The notes: generated by a model from the letters alone, not told the origin. 64,000 bases of DNA from Escherichia coli (GCF_003334785.1 NZ_QOWV01000006.1), one strand, 5' to 3'. Counted from the first letter of the stretch, positions 10,701 through 29,307 are shown. Made by a program: numbers and translations.

Positions 10701-11839
10701 TCTTGTTCCAGCGCATTTACCCAACCTGCGTGCGGTTCAGCCAGTACCGGCGGCAGATCCTGCGGCATTCTTGATTGCAATGATTCGCGCTGCCCGTCAG
10801 GCAGTTTTTGCGGATCGAGAACAGAAGGATCGCCCCAGACAGCGGGATCTGCTTTACGCAGTTGCGCATCGGGTGAGAGCAGGAAATTGGCAACTACCTT
10901 CGCCGCAGCACTGGCATTCGCGTTGGCAGGAATGGTGACGAAATGCACGTTGCCAATCATCCCCTCGCGAAAGCCAAAACTGTAACTGCTTGCAGGCAAA
11001 TCGCCGCTGGCGATTTTTTGCTGCGCATGCGCGGGGTTAAAGGTCAGCGACAGGCGCAATGTGCCGGCTTTCAGCAGAGCATCCATCCGCGCGGGTGAAG
11101 GCGGGAAATCCTTTCCTTCGCGCCACAAATACGGATGCAGCACATCAAGATATTGCCACAAGGGAGCAGTGACACGGGCGAAAGTCGCATCGTCCGGCGC
11201 TTCTTTTAATGCGGCGGGATCGGGCGTCAGCATAATCAGCAACTGTTCAAGAAACGCCGTGCCGGTAAAGTCCGGTGGGCGCGGATAGGTAACCGTGCCG
11301 GGATTGGCTTTAGCAAACTCCAGTAAGGCTTGCGGCGTTTGTGGTGGCTGTGGCGTAACATCGCGGCGGGCGATAAACGTCAGTTGTGCGCCGCCCCAGG
11401 GCGATTCCGCACCTTGTGTCGGCACAGAAAAATCTTCCCGCACCGGCAGCTGTGTGTCGACATAGCGCCAGTTGGGCAGAGTCTCCGCCCAGCCCGTTTG
11501 TAATAAATTGGCCTCTTTTAAGGTGCGGAAGTTTTCGCCGTTCACCCAGAGCAGATCCACCGAGCCGCCCGTTTTACGTCCGGCTGCGGCTTCGGTCTGA
11601 ATGCGCTTCACCGCGTCTGCGGCATCCGCCAGACGGACAATCTTCAGGTTTATAGCGTAATGGGTTTTCATCTCGCCGCTCACCCAGTCGAGATAGCGGT
11701 TAATTGCGGTATCGCCGCCCCAGGCGTTAAACCAGACGGTTTGCCCTTTGGCCTCATTTTTAATTTCTTGCCAGTCACTGGCATGTGTTGCCAGAGAAAA
11801 CAGCGATAACAATCCCAGCAACCACCCACAATGGCGCAT
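10673..11839 (-). CDS. ynjB: ABC transporter periplasmic substrate-binding protein
   Basis: 388-aa product with signal peptide; position within ynjBCD transporter cluster. Confidence 0.85.
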   Translation of the reverse strand: MRHCGWLLGLLSLFSLATHASDWQEIKNEAKGQTVWFNAWGGDTAINRYLDWVSGEMKTHYAINLKIVRLADAADAVKRIQTEAAAGRKTGGSVDLLWVNGENFRTLKEANLLQTGWAETLPNWRYVDTQLPVREDFSVPTQGAESPWGGAQLTFIARRDVTPQPPQTPQALLEFAKANPGTVTYPRPPDFTGTAFLEQLLIMLTPDPAALKEAPDDATFARVTAPLWQYLDVLHPYLWREGKDFPPSPARMDALLKAGTLRLSLTFNPAHAQQKIASGDLPASSYSFGFREGMIGNVHFVTIPANANASAAAKVVANFLLSPDAQLRKADPAVWGDPSVLDPQKLPDGQRESLQSRMPQDLPPVLAEPHAGWVNALEQEWLHRYGTH

Positions 11840-11848
11840 CATCTCTCC

Positions 11849-12397
11849 TTAAGAACGTTTTTCAGGAATACGGCACAGCCCCTGAGCGGGAATGTCCATG
11901 GCAGAATTAAAACGGGCTGACAGATTTTGCAGGCCGATCAATGCCGTCAGTTCGGTGAGCGCCTGAGCGTCAAAATGCGCAGCCAGTCGGGTACGCAGGG
12001 CATCATCGACCGTTGGCGGCGTTACGCTTGCGGCTTCGGCGTACTCCAGCGCCAGCCGTTCTTCATCGCTAAAGAGCGGGCTTTGCCGCCAGTCAGCCAC
12101 TGCCAGCAGTTTATCGCTGCTGCCGGTGCGCTCGGCGACTTTCATACTGGTGATATCCACACAAAACTCACACAGGCACATTTGCGCAATGCGCGCGCTG
12201 ACAAGCGATCGTACTACCGGATCGAGCGGTGAGCGTTTGCGCTCCAGCCAGCCAACAAACATCGACACCAGATAAAAGATAAACGGGATCCGCCCCCACC
12301 AGCGAATGGGGCTTAGCACCTCGCCGTAATGGCGACGATGCAGCCACGCCTGTGGACGTAAAATTAAAGGAATTTTGCTAAGCGGCGGTAAACCCAT
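11849..12397 (-). CDS. ynjA: Carboxymuconolactone decarboxylase / AhpD-like family protein
   Basis: 182-aa ORF recognised as YnjA. Confidence 0.85.
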   Translation of the reverse strand: MGLPPLSKIPLILRPQAWLHRRHYGEVLSPIRWWGRIPFIFYLVSMFVGWLERKRSPLDPVVRSLVSARIAQMCLCEFCVDITSMKVAERTGSSDKLLAVADWRQSPLFSDEERLALEYAEAASVTPPTVDDALRTRLAAHFDAQALTELTALIGLQNLSARFNSAMDIPAQGLCRIPEKRS

Positions 12398-13104
12398 CAG
12401 GCATTCCTCTTCTGGCGTTCAAGCCATATTTTCTTCGCCATAAAAATCACCACGGTCAGGGCAAACAGAATAAACAGTCCGGTGACAAACCAGAAAGTAC
12501 CGCCTGTTAACATGCTGCCCGCCCAGGAATAAACAATAGTTGCCGGTAACTGACCAAGCCCGGTGGCGATAAAAAACGAGCGAAAACGTATTGAAGTCAA
12601 ACCGGCAGCATAGCTGATTGGATCGAAAGGGACAAAAGGCAATAACCGACAGACCAGAATGGTGTGTTTGCCGTAGCGAGTGAAAAAGCCGTCCATACTG
12701 TCAAGCACGGTTTTGCCGGTTAATTTTTCCACCACTTCGCGGCCCATCACTCTGGCGATAAAAAAGCACAGCGCCGCGCCGGCCATCGAACTGGTCCACG
12801 ACAGCAAGCCGCCCCAGAACGCGCCAAACAGCGACGCATTGGCAAAGGTGATCAAAAACGCAGGTAGCGGTGCAGCAATGGCCTGCAAAATCATCAACAA
12901 GAACGAGACAACTGCCGCCAGTGCGCCGTAAGACTGAATAAAGCGTTCTATACCCTGTTGGTCCACGGCGGCAAACGCCGCAACGCTGCGATTGATAAAC
13001 TCATGGACGCCGGGAAGCAGCGCCCATGCCAGCAGCATAGCGAACAACAGGATGATGAGGGTTATACGGTAGTACCAGATTTTTCGCGATTGCATCATCA
13101 TCAT
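12397..13104 (-). CDS. ydjZ: DedA / TVP38-TMEM64 family inner membrane protein
   Basis: 235-aa multi-TM ORF; stop overlaps ynjA start. Confidence 0.85.
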   Translation of the reverse strand: MMMMQSRKIWYYRITLIILLFAMLLAWALLPGVHEFINRSVAAFAAVDQQGIERFIQSYGALAAVVSFLLMILQAIAAPLPAFLITFANASLFGAFWGGLLSWTSSMAGAALCFFIARVMGREVVEKLTGKTVLDSMDGFFTRYGKHTILVCRLLPFVPFDPISYAAGLTSIRFRSFFIATGLGQLPATIVYSWAGSMLTGGTFWFVTGLFILFALTVVIFMAKKIWLERQKRNA

Positions 13105-13118
13105 CCTTTATCCTGGCT

Positions 13119-13796
13119 TTATTCGGCGATTTTAAAGGTAACCGTTGCCAGCGTGTTATCCGCCGGGAGAACTGAGGCATTGCCTTTGAATTTAACTTCA
13201 CCACGTTTTTCAACCGCACCATAAGTGTATGTTGCATTGCTGACGATGCCGACCGGGCAGCTATCCAGACACACCAGGCAACCCGTTTTCTTCTCTTCTG
13301 CTGCCGTTAAATTACCGCCAAAGCGCATGTCCAGTTTCTTGCCATTACTGTCAACAATCACTTCATCGAAGGAATACGCTTTTGCCGCCCCTTGCCAGTT
13401 GACCGAAATATCCAGTTTGCTGCCTGTGACATGAGTCGTTTCTTTATTATCCATCGTCATGTTTTCGCCCGGCGTACCACCTGCCTCTTTCAGGGCTTCA
13501 TAAAATGCTTTCGGGGTCGCATAACCCATAAACAGCGATTTATGTCCGTTGGAGCCATCTTTAAACACAATACCGTGACGAGTGTCGTCGGTGAGGAAAC
13601 GACCATTAATTTGCACCAGCATGGTTACCGTATGGTTATTGGCATCGACACGCAGCGGTTGGCTGTTCGAAAGTCCGTCGTATTCCACTTTTGCCGCCGC
13701 ATTCTCTTGTTGATCGCAGCCGCTAAGCCCAGCAACAGCCAGTAAACAGAGTGCAGCCAGTCCTTTTTTCCATGACACTGAATAATGTTGCAACAT
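13119..13796 (-). CDS. ydjY: Putative lipoprotein, function unknown
   Basis: 225-aa product from internal ATG (MLQHYSVSWKKGLAALCLLAVAGLSGC lipobox) within ORF 13119..13958. Confidence 0.8.
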   Translation of the reverse strand: MLQHYSVSWKKGLAALCLLAVAGLSGCDQQENAAAKVEYDGLSNSQPLRVDANNHTVTMLVQINGRFLTDDTRHGIVFKDGSNGHKSLFMGYATPKAFYEALKEAGGTPGENMTMDNKETTHVTGSKLDISVNWQGAAKAYSFDEVIVDSNGKKLDMRFGGNLTAAEEKKTGCLVCLDSCPVGIVSNATYTYGAVEKRGEVKFKGNASVLPADNTLATVTFKIAE

Positions 13797-13800
13797 CGTT

Positions 13801-14511
13801 CTATCCTTCATTTTTTGGGTGAGTAAGTGGGCTGCGGCGCGAAGCAGACAGATCCACATGTTTGTGTCGGGCGTAGAGTTTTGCGAGCTGGACGAGAATA
13901 AACAGCGCCAGGCCCGCCAGACAGAGTTGTAAAATAAAGCGCAGCGTAATGCCTTCATTGGCGAGATCGCTTGCCATCACGGTATAAATAACAATACCGG
14001 GTAGGGTCGTGAGTGCCGAAATAAGGGTATAAGGCCAGAAGGCGATTGTGGTTAATCCGTAAGCGTAATTTTGAATATTGTAAGGAAACAACGGGATTAA
14101 GCGGGTCAGAATAAGAAAATCAATACCGTTACGCGCAATGCCTTTTTCAATGGCCTGGAAGGTATTGCTATGGCCAACGTATTTCAGCAGTAAATCACGT
14201 CCCAGCCAGCGCGCCAGCAGGAATGAGCACGAGGAGGCCAGCGTGGCGGCAATTAATGAGAGTAGTGTCCCTAAGAGCGGGCCAAAAACTATTCCTCCCG
14301 CGATCACCAGTATGCTTCCTGGTAACAGCAAGAGGGTGGCAATGATGAATAACAGAATATAGAGGCTATAGCCGAAAAATCCGCTCTGGCGGATGAGTGT
14401 CTGTAAGTGGGGTAAATCGGTGAGCAGATCGAATAAACCGAAAGCGTGGATAGCGTAAATGACCAGCGCAAAAATAAGACAGGCAAAAAGAAATTTACGC
14501 TCAGCGTTCAT
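13801..14511 (-). CDS. ydjX: DedA / TVP38-TMEM64 family inner membrane protein
   Basis: 236-aa product from internal ATG (MNAERKF) of ORF 13801..14559; multi-TM. Confidence 0.85.
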   Translation of the reverse strand: MNAERKFLFACLIFALVIYAIHAFGLFDLLTDLPHLQTLIRQSGFFGYSLYILLFIIATLLLLPGSILVIAGGIVFGPLLGTLLSLIAATLASSCSFLLARWLGRDLLLKYVGHSNTFQAIEKGIARNGIDFLILTRLIPLFPYNIQNYAYGLTTIAFWPYTLISALTTLPGIVIYTVMASDLANEGITLRFILQLCLAGLALFILVQLAKLYARHKHVDLSASRRSPLTHPKNEG

Positions 14512-14677
14512 CGTGGAGTTTCCTATATCAAACTTGATAATAGAGAAGTGGTCAGACAACTAAAAACGCAGAGACGGTATAACAAAGGACGGCAGGCAAC
14601 AAATCATTACTGACAGTTTGTTGATTTTTCTCAAGGTTAATTCTCCTGACCCAGTTTGAGCCAGGAGAGCTGCTAAA

Positions 14678-15484
14678 TTAGCGGCGGAAGGTCGCCCAGA
14701 CGGGGGCGTGATCGGACGGTTTTTCCATGCTGCGGATTTCATAGTCGATGCCGGTTTCTACGCAACATTCTGCCAGCGGTTGGCTGGCGAGCAGCAGGTC
14801 GATGCGCAGACCACGGTTATCGTCAAAACCTTTTGAGCGGTAATCAAACCATGAGAAACGATCTGCTGTTTGCGGATTCGCATGGCGGAAGGTATCGACC
14901 AACCCCCAGCTCATCAGCCTGTCCATCCATTCGCGCTCTTCCGGCAGGAAAGAGCATTTACCGGTACGCAGCCAGCGCTTACGGTTTTCTTCGCCAATGC
15001 CGATATCCAGATCAGTAGGGCTGATATTCATATCGCCCATAATCAGTACCGGATTATCACGTTTGAGTTCGGTTTCCAGGTAGTTTTGCAGATTCTGATA
15101 AAACTGCGCTTTTGCCGGGAATTTTATCGGATGGTCGCGGCTTTCACCCTGCGGGAAGTAACCGTTGATCACGGTGACATTACCCAGCAGTGAGGGGATT
15201 TCCGCCATAATAATCCGCCGCTGCGCCTCTTCGTCGTCACCGGGAAAGCCGCGACGCACGGCAATCGGCGTCTCTTTGGTCAGCAGCGCCACGCCATAAT
15301 GGCCTTTCTGCCCGTGATAAAACACGTTGTAGCCGAGCTTCGCCACCTCTTCGAGCGGAAACATATCGTCATGAACTTTTGTCTCCTGCAGGCCAATCAC
15401 ATCCGGTTGGTGCTTTTCGACGATGGCTTCAAGCTGGTGAGGTCTGGCGCGCAGGCCGTTGATATTAAAAGAGACAAATTTCAT
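14678..15484 (-). CDS. xthA: Exodeoxyribonuclease III (AP endonuclease VI)
   Basis: 268-aa product starting [13 protein letters not shown] inside ORF 14678..15496. Confidence 0.96.
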
Positions 15485-15841
15485 AGTCGCTGCCATTTAT
15501 TCAGATAAAGAGTGCGTGGATGGTAGCAGAATTTCGCGTTGCTTACCGCCTGTTGTTAAGTGATTTGATCGATGGTTGTTAATGATGTCAACGATGGCGC
15601 AAAAAATGCCCGCTTTTAGTGCGCGCTGCGTCAGAATGGCGCAGTAATTTCCAGTAAATTTCGTCAATGATCACAATTCCAGAATTATATTTTACTTCTG
15701 CATAACATTGCGTTTTTTATTCTTTTTATTCACCCACATCGCAAACGTATTCACTTTATATGCACTTTAAATGCATATGGTTTGGTTATAACTCCTTGAT
15801 TTCCAGTTAGCCTCCGCCGTTTATGCACTTTTATCACTGGC

Positions 15842-15858
15842 TGGCACGAACCCTGCAA
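15842..15858 (+). promoter_or_regulatory. sigma54 (-24/-12) promoter of the ast operon
   Basis: TGGCACGaaccCTGCA matches TGGCACG-N4-TTGCA with one mismatch, about 72 nt upstream of astC ATG. Confidence 0.6.
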
Positions 15859-15893
15859 TCTACATTTACAGCGCAAACATTACTTATTATTAA

Positions 15894-21957
<6,064 letters not shown>

Positions 21958-22202
21958 TACTTACCCGCAGAAATCATTCTGCGGGTATTAAGTTGCTTTC
22001 TTATAAATTAATACAGATTAATCCTGGTTATTTGCTTTATTTATCACCAGTCATCCGGTATAGTTCTTCATAATCTCTGCAAAATCATCGTGTTGTAATA
22101 TTCTCTCATCACTCTCCATCAAATTTTCTTTTTTTCTCCATAATTGGCGCAAAAGTGTTTTTTACACTTTCATTGTTTTACCGTTGCTCTGATTAATTGA
22201 CG

Positions 22203-22217
22203 CTAAAGTCAGTAAAG
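22203..22217 (+). promoter_or_regulatory. Possible CpxR-type direct repeat upstream of spy
   Basis: cTAAAgtcaGTAAAg resembles the GTAAA direct-repeat half-sites but spacing is not canonical. Confidence 0.3.
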
Positions 22218-22286
22218 TTAATCTCGTCAACACGGCACGCTACTTAAGAAAGCCGTAATAAATAACTGAAAGGAAGGATATAGAAT

Positions 22287-22772
22287 ATGCGTAAATTAAC
22301 TGCACTGTTTGTTGCCTCTACCCTGGCTCTTGGCGCGGCTAACCTGGCCCATGCCGCAGACACCACTACCGCAGCACCGGCTGACGCGAAGCCGATGATG
22401 CACCACAAAGGCAAGTTCGGTCCGCATCAGGACATGATGTTCAAAGACCTGAACCTGACCGACGCGCAGAAACAGCAGATCCGCGAAATCATGAAAGGCC
22501 AGCGTGACCAGATGAAACGTCCGCCGCTGGAAGAACGCCGCGCAATGCATGACATCATTGCCAGCGATACCTTCGATAAAGTAAAAGCTGAAGCGCAGAT
22601 CGCAAAAATGGAAGAACAGCGCAAAGCTAACATGCTGGCGCACATGGAAACCCAGAACAAAATTTACAACATCCTGACGCCGGAACAGAAAAAGCAATTT
22701 AATGCTAATTTTGAGAAGCGTCTGACAGAACGTCCAGCGGCAAAAGGTAAAATGCCTGCAACTGCTGAATAA
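22287..22772 (+). CDS. spy: Periplasmic ATP-independent chaperone Spy
   Basis: 161-aa ORF with signal peptide recognised as Spy. Confidence 0.96.
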   Translation: MRKLTALFVASTLALGAANLAHAADTTTAAPADAKPMMHHKGKFGPHQDMMFKDLNLTDAQKQQIREIMKGQRDQMKRPPLEERRAMHDIIASDTFDKVKAEAQIAKMEEQRKANMLAHMETQNKIYNILTPEQKKQFNANFEKRLTERPAAKGKMPATAE

Positions 22773-22793
22773 TCTTTCAGCCAAAAAACTTAA

Positions 22794-22860
22794 GACCGCC
22801 GGTCTTGTCCACTACCTTGCAGTAATGCGGTGGACAGGATCGGCGGTTTTCTTTTCTCTT
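22794..22860 (+). terminator. Rho-independent terminator downstream of spy
   Basis: long imperfect hairpin (accgccggtcttgtccac ... gtggacaggatcggcggt) followed by TTTTCTTTTC. Confidence 0.6.
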
Positions 22861-22896
22861 CTCAAACAGTTGTAAAAAAAGCCTGATCACCACTAA

Positions 22897-24397
<1,501 letters not shown>

Positions 24398-24494
24398 TGT
24401 TGACTCCGAATGCTGGTTATCTATCCAGTGTAACAGGCGGGAAGCGATTAAAAAAGAGGCGGGTCGATGACAAAGGTTACACCGTCTGACGTGC

Positions 24495-24590
24495 TACGCC
24501 TGTCAGGCCTATTCGACTCCTGCAATGTATTGAATTTGCATAGTTTTATAGGTCGAATAAGGCGTTCACGCCGCATCCGGCGTGAACAAA
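24495..24590. repeat. REP/BIME palindromic repeat cluster
   Basis: about 60-nt core nearly identical to 31665..31727; contains perfect palindrome gttcacgccgcatccggcgtgaac. Confidence 0.65.
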
Positions 24591-24626
24591 TTACTCTTTT
24601 TCGCACAATCCAATATGTGCAAATTA

Positions 24627-25454
24627 TTACTTTTTCCAGAAATCATCGAAAACGGTAATTGGCGGACGGCGTTTATGTTCGGTTTTCAGATACCAGTTCT
24701 CTATTGTTCTGGCGACCTGTTGAGGTACGTTTTTCCCTTCCAGATAGTCGTCGATATTGTCATAGGTCACGCCGAGTGCCACTTCATCTGGCAGAGAAGG
24801 GCGATCATCTTCCAGATCGGCCGTTGGCGCTTTCTTATAAAGGTGTTCCGGGCAAGCTAATGCCGCCAGTAACTGTTTACCCTGACGTTTGTTGAGACGA
24901 TACAGCGGATTAATGTCCGTACCGCCGTCACCATATTTAGTGAAGAATCCGGTAATGGCTTCTGCTGCATGATCGGTGCCCACCACGACACCGCTGGTCA
25001 TACCCGCAATGCTATATTGTGCTTTCATCCGCTCACGCGCTTTTTCATTGCCACGGACAAAATCGCTCAGTTCAATGCCTGCTTCCCGCAATGCCTGTTC
25101 GCTGGCCAATACCGCGCCCTTGATATTAACGGTTAATACGCGATCCGGTTGAATAAAGGCAATGGCATCCTGGCAATCTTGTTCGTCGGCCTGAACACCA
25201 TAGGGCAGGCGTACGGCAATAAATTGCAGTGATTCGTTGCCGGTTTCCAGGCGCAGCTCATTAATCGCCATCTGGCACAGCTTTCCGGCAAGCGTGGAGT
25301 CCTGACCGCCGCTGATCCCGAGCACCAGTGATTTAATGAACGGATAAGTTTGCAGGTAGCTTTTCAGAAAATCGACACTACGACGAATTTCCTCTTCAGC
25401 ATTAATCTGCGGTTTTGCGCCCAGCGCCTTTATTATTTGTTGTTGCAATGTCAT
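24627..25454 (-). CDS. nadE: NH3-dependent NAD+ synthetase
   Basis: 275-aa ORF recognised as NadE, with SGGQDS PP-loop motif. Confidence 0.96.
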
Positions 25455-25655
25455 TGAACCCCTCCAGACAGAAAAGACAAAACTTCCTTAAAGCTAACCC
25501 GTTGCTACTGAAACGACAAGCGACAGCGGGCTGAATGGTGGTTAAAACGTCATACAGGAATCCTCTGAAAGCGGAGCCGTTTCGTTCACGGGCTTGAAAA
25601 AGCGCCCAATGTATTCCAGGCTTATCTAACACGCTGATAAACAAGAGGACGGAAT

Positions 25656-25994
25656 ATGAACAAGAATATGGCAGGAATTCTGAGTGCAGCGGCGGTATTA
25701 ACCATGCTGGCGGGTTGTACGGCTTATGATCGTACCAAAGACCAGTTTGTACAGCCTGTGGTGAAAGACGTCAAAAAAGGCATGAGCCGGGCGCAGGTTG
25801 CACAAATTGCGGGTAAACCTTCGTCTGAAGTGAGCATGATCCATGCTCGCGGTACTTGCCAGACCTACATCCTGGGTCAACGTGATGGTAAAGCAGAAAC
25901 CTACTTTGTCGCGTTAGATGATACCGGACATGTCATCAACTCCGGTTATCAGACCTGTGCTGAATACGACACTGATCCACAGGCTGCGAAGTAA
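25656..25994 (+). CDS. osmE: Osmotically inducible lipoprotein E
   Basis: 112-aa ORF with lipobox LAGC. Confidence 0.9.
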
Positions 25995-26016
25995 TCAATT
26001 CGTCTGAAAGCTTGAG

Positions 26017-26045
26017 TAACAACGGAAACCGGCCATTGCGCCGGT
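26017..26045 (+). terminator. Rho-independent terminator downstream of osmE
   Basis: hairpin aaccggc-cattgc-gccggtt followed by T8. Confidence 0.6.
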
Positions 26046-26094
26046 TTTTTTTGGCCTGAGTTCTTAATTATCTTCGCGAATTATTTGCCCGAAA

Positions 26095-26110
26095 TGTGAA
26101 GAGGGTCATA
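26095..26110. promoter_or_regulatory. Candidate CRP (cAMP receptor protein) site in chb promoter region
   Basis: TGTGAagagggTCATA resembles TGTGA-N6-TCACA. Confidence 0.35.
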
Positions 26111-26292
26111 ACCACAGGTCAAGGAGAAACAATTTATAAGGTCAAAGAAATACTATTGCTCAGGTCTATACCGTATACTCCTTTCAGCCACAAAAAAAGT
26201 CATGTTGGTTTCGCAAGTTACCCAGAGCATGGAAGCAGGTTAAGGCTTGCGGAGTGTCTGGCTGACAGATAATCGTCGATGAGGGCAGTTTT

Positions 26293-26613
26293 ATGGAAAA
26301 GAAACACATTTATCTGTTTTGTTCTGCGGGCATGTCTACCTCTTTACTGGTATCAAAAATGCGCGCACAGGCAGAAAAATATGAAGTTCCGGTCATTATT
26401 GAAGCATTTCCGGAAACACTGGCTGGTGAAAAAGGTCAGAATGCCGATGTCGTGTTATTAGGGCCGCAGATTGCTTATATGTTGCCCGAAATCCAGCGTT
26501 TGTTACCCAACAAACCGGTTGAAGTAATTGACTCGCTGCTTTATGGCAAAGTCGATGGTTTAGGCGTGCTTAAGGCTGCGGTTGCAGCGATTAAAAAAGC
26601 CGCAGCAAATTAA
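26293..26613 (+). CDS. chbB: PTS chitobiose-specific EIIB
   Basis: 106-aa ORF with active-site Cys in [10 protein letters not shown]. Confidence 0.95.
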   Translation: MEKKHIYLFCSAGMSTSLLVSKMRAQAEKYEVPVIIEAFPETLAGEKGQNADVVLLGPQIAYMLPEIQRLLPNKPVEVIDSLLYGKVDGLGVLKAAVAAIKKAAAN

Positions 26614-26697
26614 TTTATTTTAAATTTTCCCGTCAAAGAGTTATTTCATAAATCAATACCGCAATATTTAAATTGCGGTTTTTAAGGGTATTTTTCT

Positions 26698-28056
26698 ATG
26701 AGTAATGTTATTGCATCGCTTGAAAAGGTACTCCTCCCTTTTGCAGTTAAAATAGGAAAGCAGCCACACGTTAATGCAATCAAAAATGGCTTTATTCGCT
26801 TAATGCCGTTAACCCTTGCGGGGGCCATGTTTGTATTAATTAACAACGTTTTTCTAAGCTTTGGGGAGGGGTCGTTTTTTTATTCCTTAGGTATTCGCCT
26901 CGACGCCTCAACCATTGAAACACTTAATGGTCTGAAAGGTATTGGCGGCAACGTATATAACGGAACATTAGGAATAATGTCTTTAATGGCACCGTTCTTT
27001 ATTGGCATGGCGCTGGCAGAAGAGCGTAAAGTCGATGCGCTGGCGGCTGGGTTGTTATCCGTTGCAGCATTTATGACCGTCACCCCATATAGTGTCGGTG
27101 AGGCCTATGCGGTTGGTGCAAACTGGTTAGGTGGGGCGAATATCATCTCCGGGATTATTATTGGCCTGGTGGTGGCAGAAATGTTTACCTTTATTGTCCG
27201 CCGCAATTGGGTCATTAAACTGCCCGACAGCGTACCTGCTTCAGTATCGCGTTCCTTCTCGGCATTAATTCCCGGCTTTATTATTCTTTCCGTGATGGGG
27301 ATTATTGCCTGGGCGTTGAATACCTGGGGCACCAACTTCCATCAGATCATTATGGATACCATCTCAACCCCACTGGCATCGTTGGGTAGCGTGGTGGGCT
27401 GGGCCTATGTGATCTTTGTTCCACTGCTCTGGTTCTTCGGTATTCATGGCGCGCTGGCGCTGACCGCACTGGACAACGGCATTATGACGCCGTGGGCACT
27501 GGAAAATATCGCGACCTATCAGCAATATGGTTCCGTCGAAGCGGCGCTGGCAGCCGGTAAGACCTTCCATATCTGGGCCAAGCCGATGCTGGACTCCTTT
27601 ATTTTCCTTGGGGGCAGTGGTGCGACTTTAGGCCTGATCCTGGCTATCTTTATCGCCTCTCGCCGTGCTGATTATCGTCAGGTGGCAAAACTGGCGCTGC
27701 CGTCCGGCATCTTCCAGATTAACGAACCGATTCTGTTTGGTCTGCCAATTATCATGAACCCGGTGATGTTTATCCCGTTTGTACTGGTACAACCGATTCT
27801 GGCGGCAATCACCCTCGCAGCGTACTACATGGGCATTATTCCTCCGGTGACCAATATTGCACCGTGGACCATGCCAACCGGTCTGGGAGCCTTCTTTAAC
27901 ACCAACGGTAGCGTCGCCGCATTGCTGGTCGCACTCTTCAACCTTGGCATCGCAACGTTAATTTATCTGCCCTTTGTTGTGGTGGCTAACAAAGCACAAA
28001 ATGCGATTGATAAAGAAGAGAGCGAAGAAGATATCGCTAACGCCCTGAAATTTTAA
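26698..28056 (+). CDS. chbC: PTS chitobiose-specific EIIC permease
   Basis: 452-aa polytopic membrane ORF recognised as ChbC. Confidence 0.95.
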
Positions 28057-28106
28057 TCGATGCCGGTACGGGTAATCGTGCCGGTAAGAAAAGAGAGGAA
28101 CGATGT

Positions 28107-28457
28107 ATGATGGATCTCGATAACATTCCCGATACGCAAACGGAAGCTGAAGAGCTGGAAGAAGTGGTGATGGGGCTGATCATCAACTCCGGGCAAGCGC
28201 GCAGCCTGGCGTATGCGGCACTGAAACAGGCGAAGCAGGGCGATTTTGCCGCAGCAAAAGCCATGATGGATCAGTCACGGATGGCATTGAATGAAGCGCA
28301 TCTGGTACAGACGAAACTGATTGAAGGCGATGCGGGCGAAGGTAAGATGAAAGTGAGTCTGGTGCTGGTCCACGCTCAGGATCATTTAATGACGTCCATG
28401 CTTGCGCGTGAACTGATTACTGAATTAATTGAGCTTCATGAAAAACTGAAGGCATAA
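28107..28457 (+). CDS. chbA: PTS chitobiose-specific EIIA
   Basis: 116-aa ORF recognised as ChbA. Confidence 0.93.
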
Positions 28458-28464
28458 GGAGTCG

Positions 28465-29307
28465 ATGATGCAGCCAGTGATTAACGCGCCGGAAATTGCC
28501 ACTGCCCGAGAACAGCAGTTGTTTAATGGCAAAAACTTCCATGTGTTTATCTATAACAAAACTGAGAGTATCAGCGGACTGCATCAGCACGACTATTATG
28601 AATTTACTCTGGTATTAACCGGGCGTTATTTCCAGGAGATTAACGGTAAGCGCGTGTTACTGGAACGGGGCGATTTTGTTTTTATTCCGTTAGGTTCGCA
28701 CCATCAAAGTTTTTATGAGTTTGGTGCCACGCGCATATTGAACGTTGGGATCAGTAAACGCTTTTTTGAGCAGCATTACCTGCCATTGTTGCCTTATTGC
28801 TTTGTCGCTTCGCAGGTATACCGGACCAATAACGCTTTTCTCACCTATGTGGAAACAGTGATTTCTTCATTGAATTTCCGCGAAACAGGGCTGGAAGAGT
28901 TTGTTGAGATGGTTACTTTTTATGTCATTAACCGTTTACGTCATTACCGCGAAGAACAGGTGATTGATGATGTACCGCAGTGGCTGAAAAGTACGGTAGA
29001 AAAGATGCATGATAAAGAGCAGTTTAGTGAATCGGCGCTGGAGAATATGGTGGCGTTGTCAGCCAAATCACAGGAATATTTGACGCGAGCGACTCAACGA
29101 TATTATGGCAAAACGCCAATGCAGATTATTAATGAAATCCGTATTAATTTTGCCAAAAAACAACTGGAAATGACCAACTATTCAGTGACGGATATTGCGT
29201 TTGAGGCCGGTTATAGTAGCCCGAGTTTGTTTATTAAAACGTTTAAGAAATTAACGTCCTTTACGCCTAAGAGCTATCGTAAGAAATTGACTGAATTTAA
29301 TCAGTAA
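28465..29307 (+). CDS. chbR: AraC-family dual regulator of the chb operon
   Basis: 280-aa ORF with C-terminal AraC-type HTH. Confidence 0.93.

Noticed and set aside
7138-14511. Considered calling the ydjXYZ-ynjABCDE cluster a previously undescribed system
   Set aside because: It is a conserved, already annotated chromosomal locus; only the physiological function is unclear, so it is reported as an under-characterised operon, not a novel system.
22296-22784. 162-aa ORF antisense to spy, plus many other antisense ORFs inside known genes (477..1013, 1174..1674, 47430..48041, 49081..49797, 50475..51077, 31973..33586 and others)
   Set aside because: Shadow ORFs on the opposite strand of strongly supported genes; no independent start signals or recognisable motifs.
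24467-24658. 63-aa ORF resembling the 71-aa ORF at 31604..31819 (shared LRLSGL...SCN.LNLHSF.GRIRRSRRIR), a possible conserved small-protein family
   Set aside because: Both are translations of paralogous REP/BIME palindromic repeats in intergenic DNA; no Shine-Dalgarno; the similarity is at the nucleotide-repeat level.
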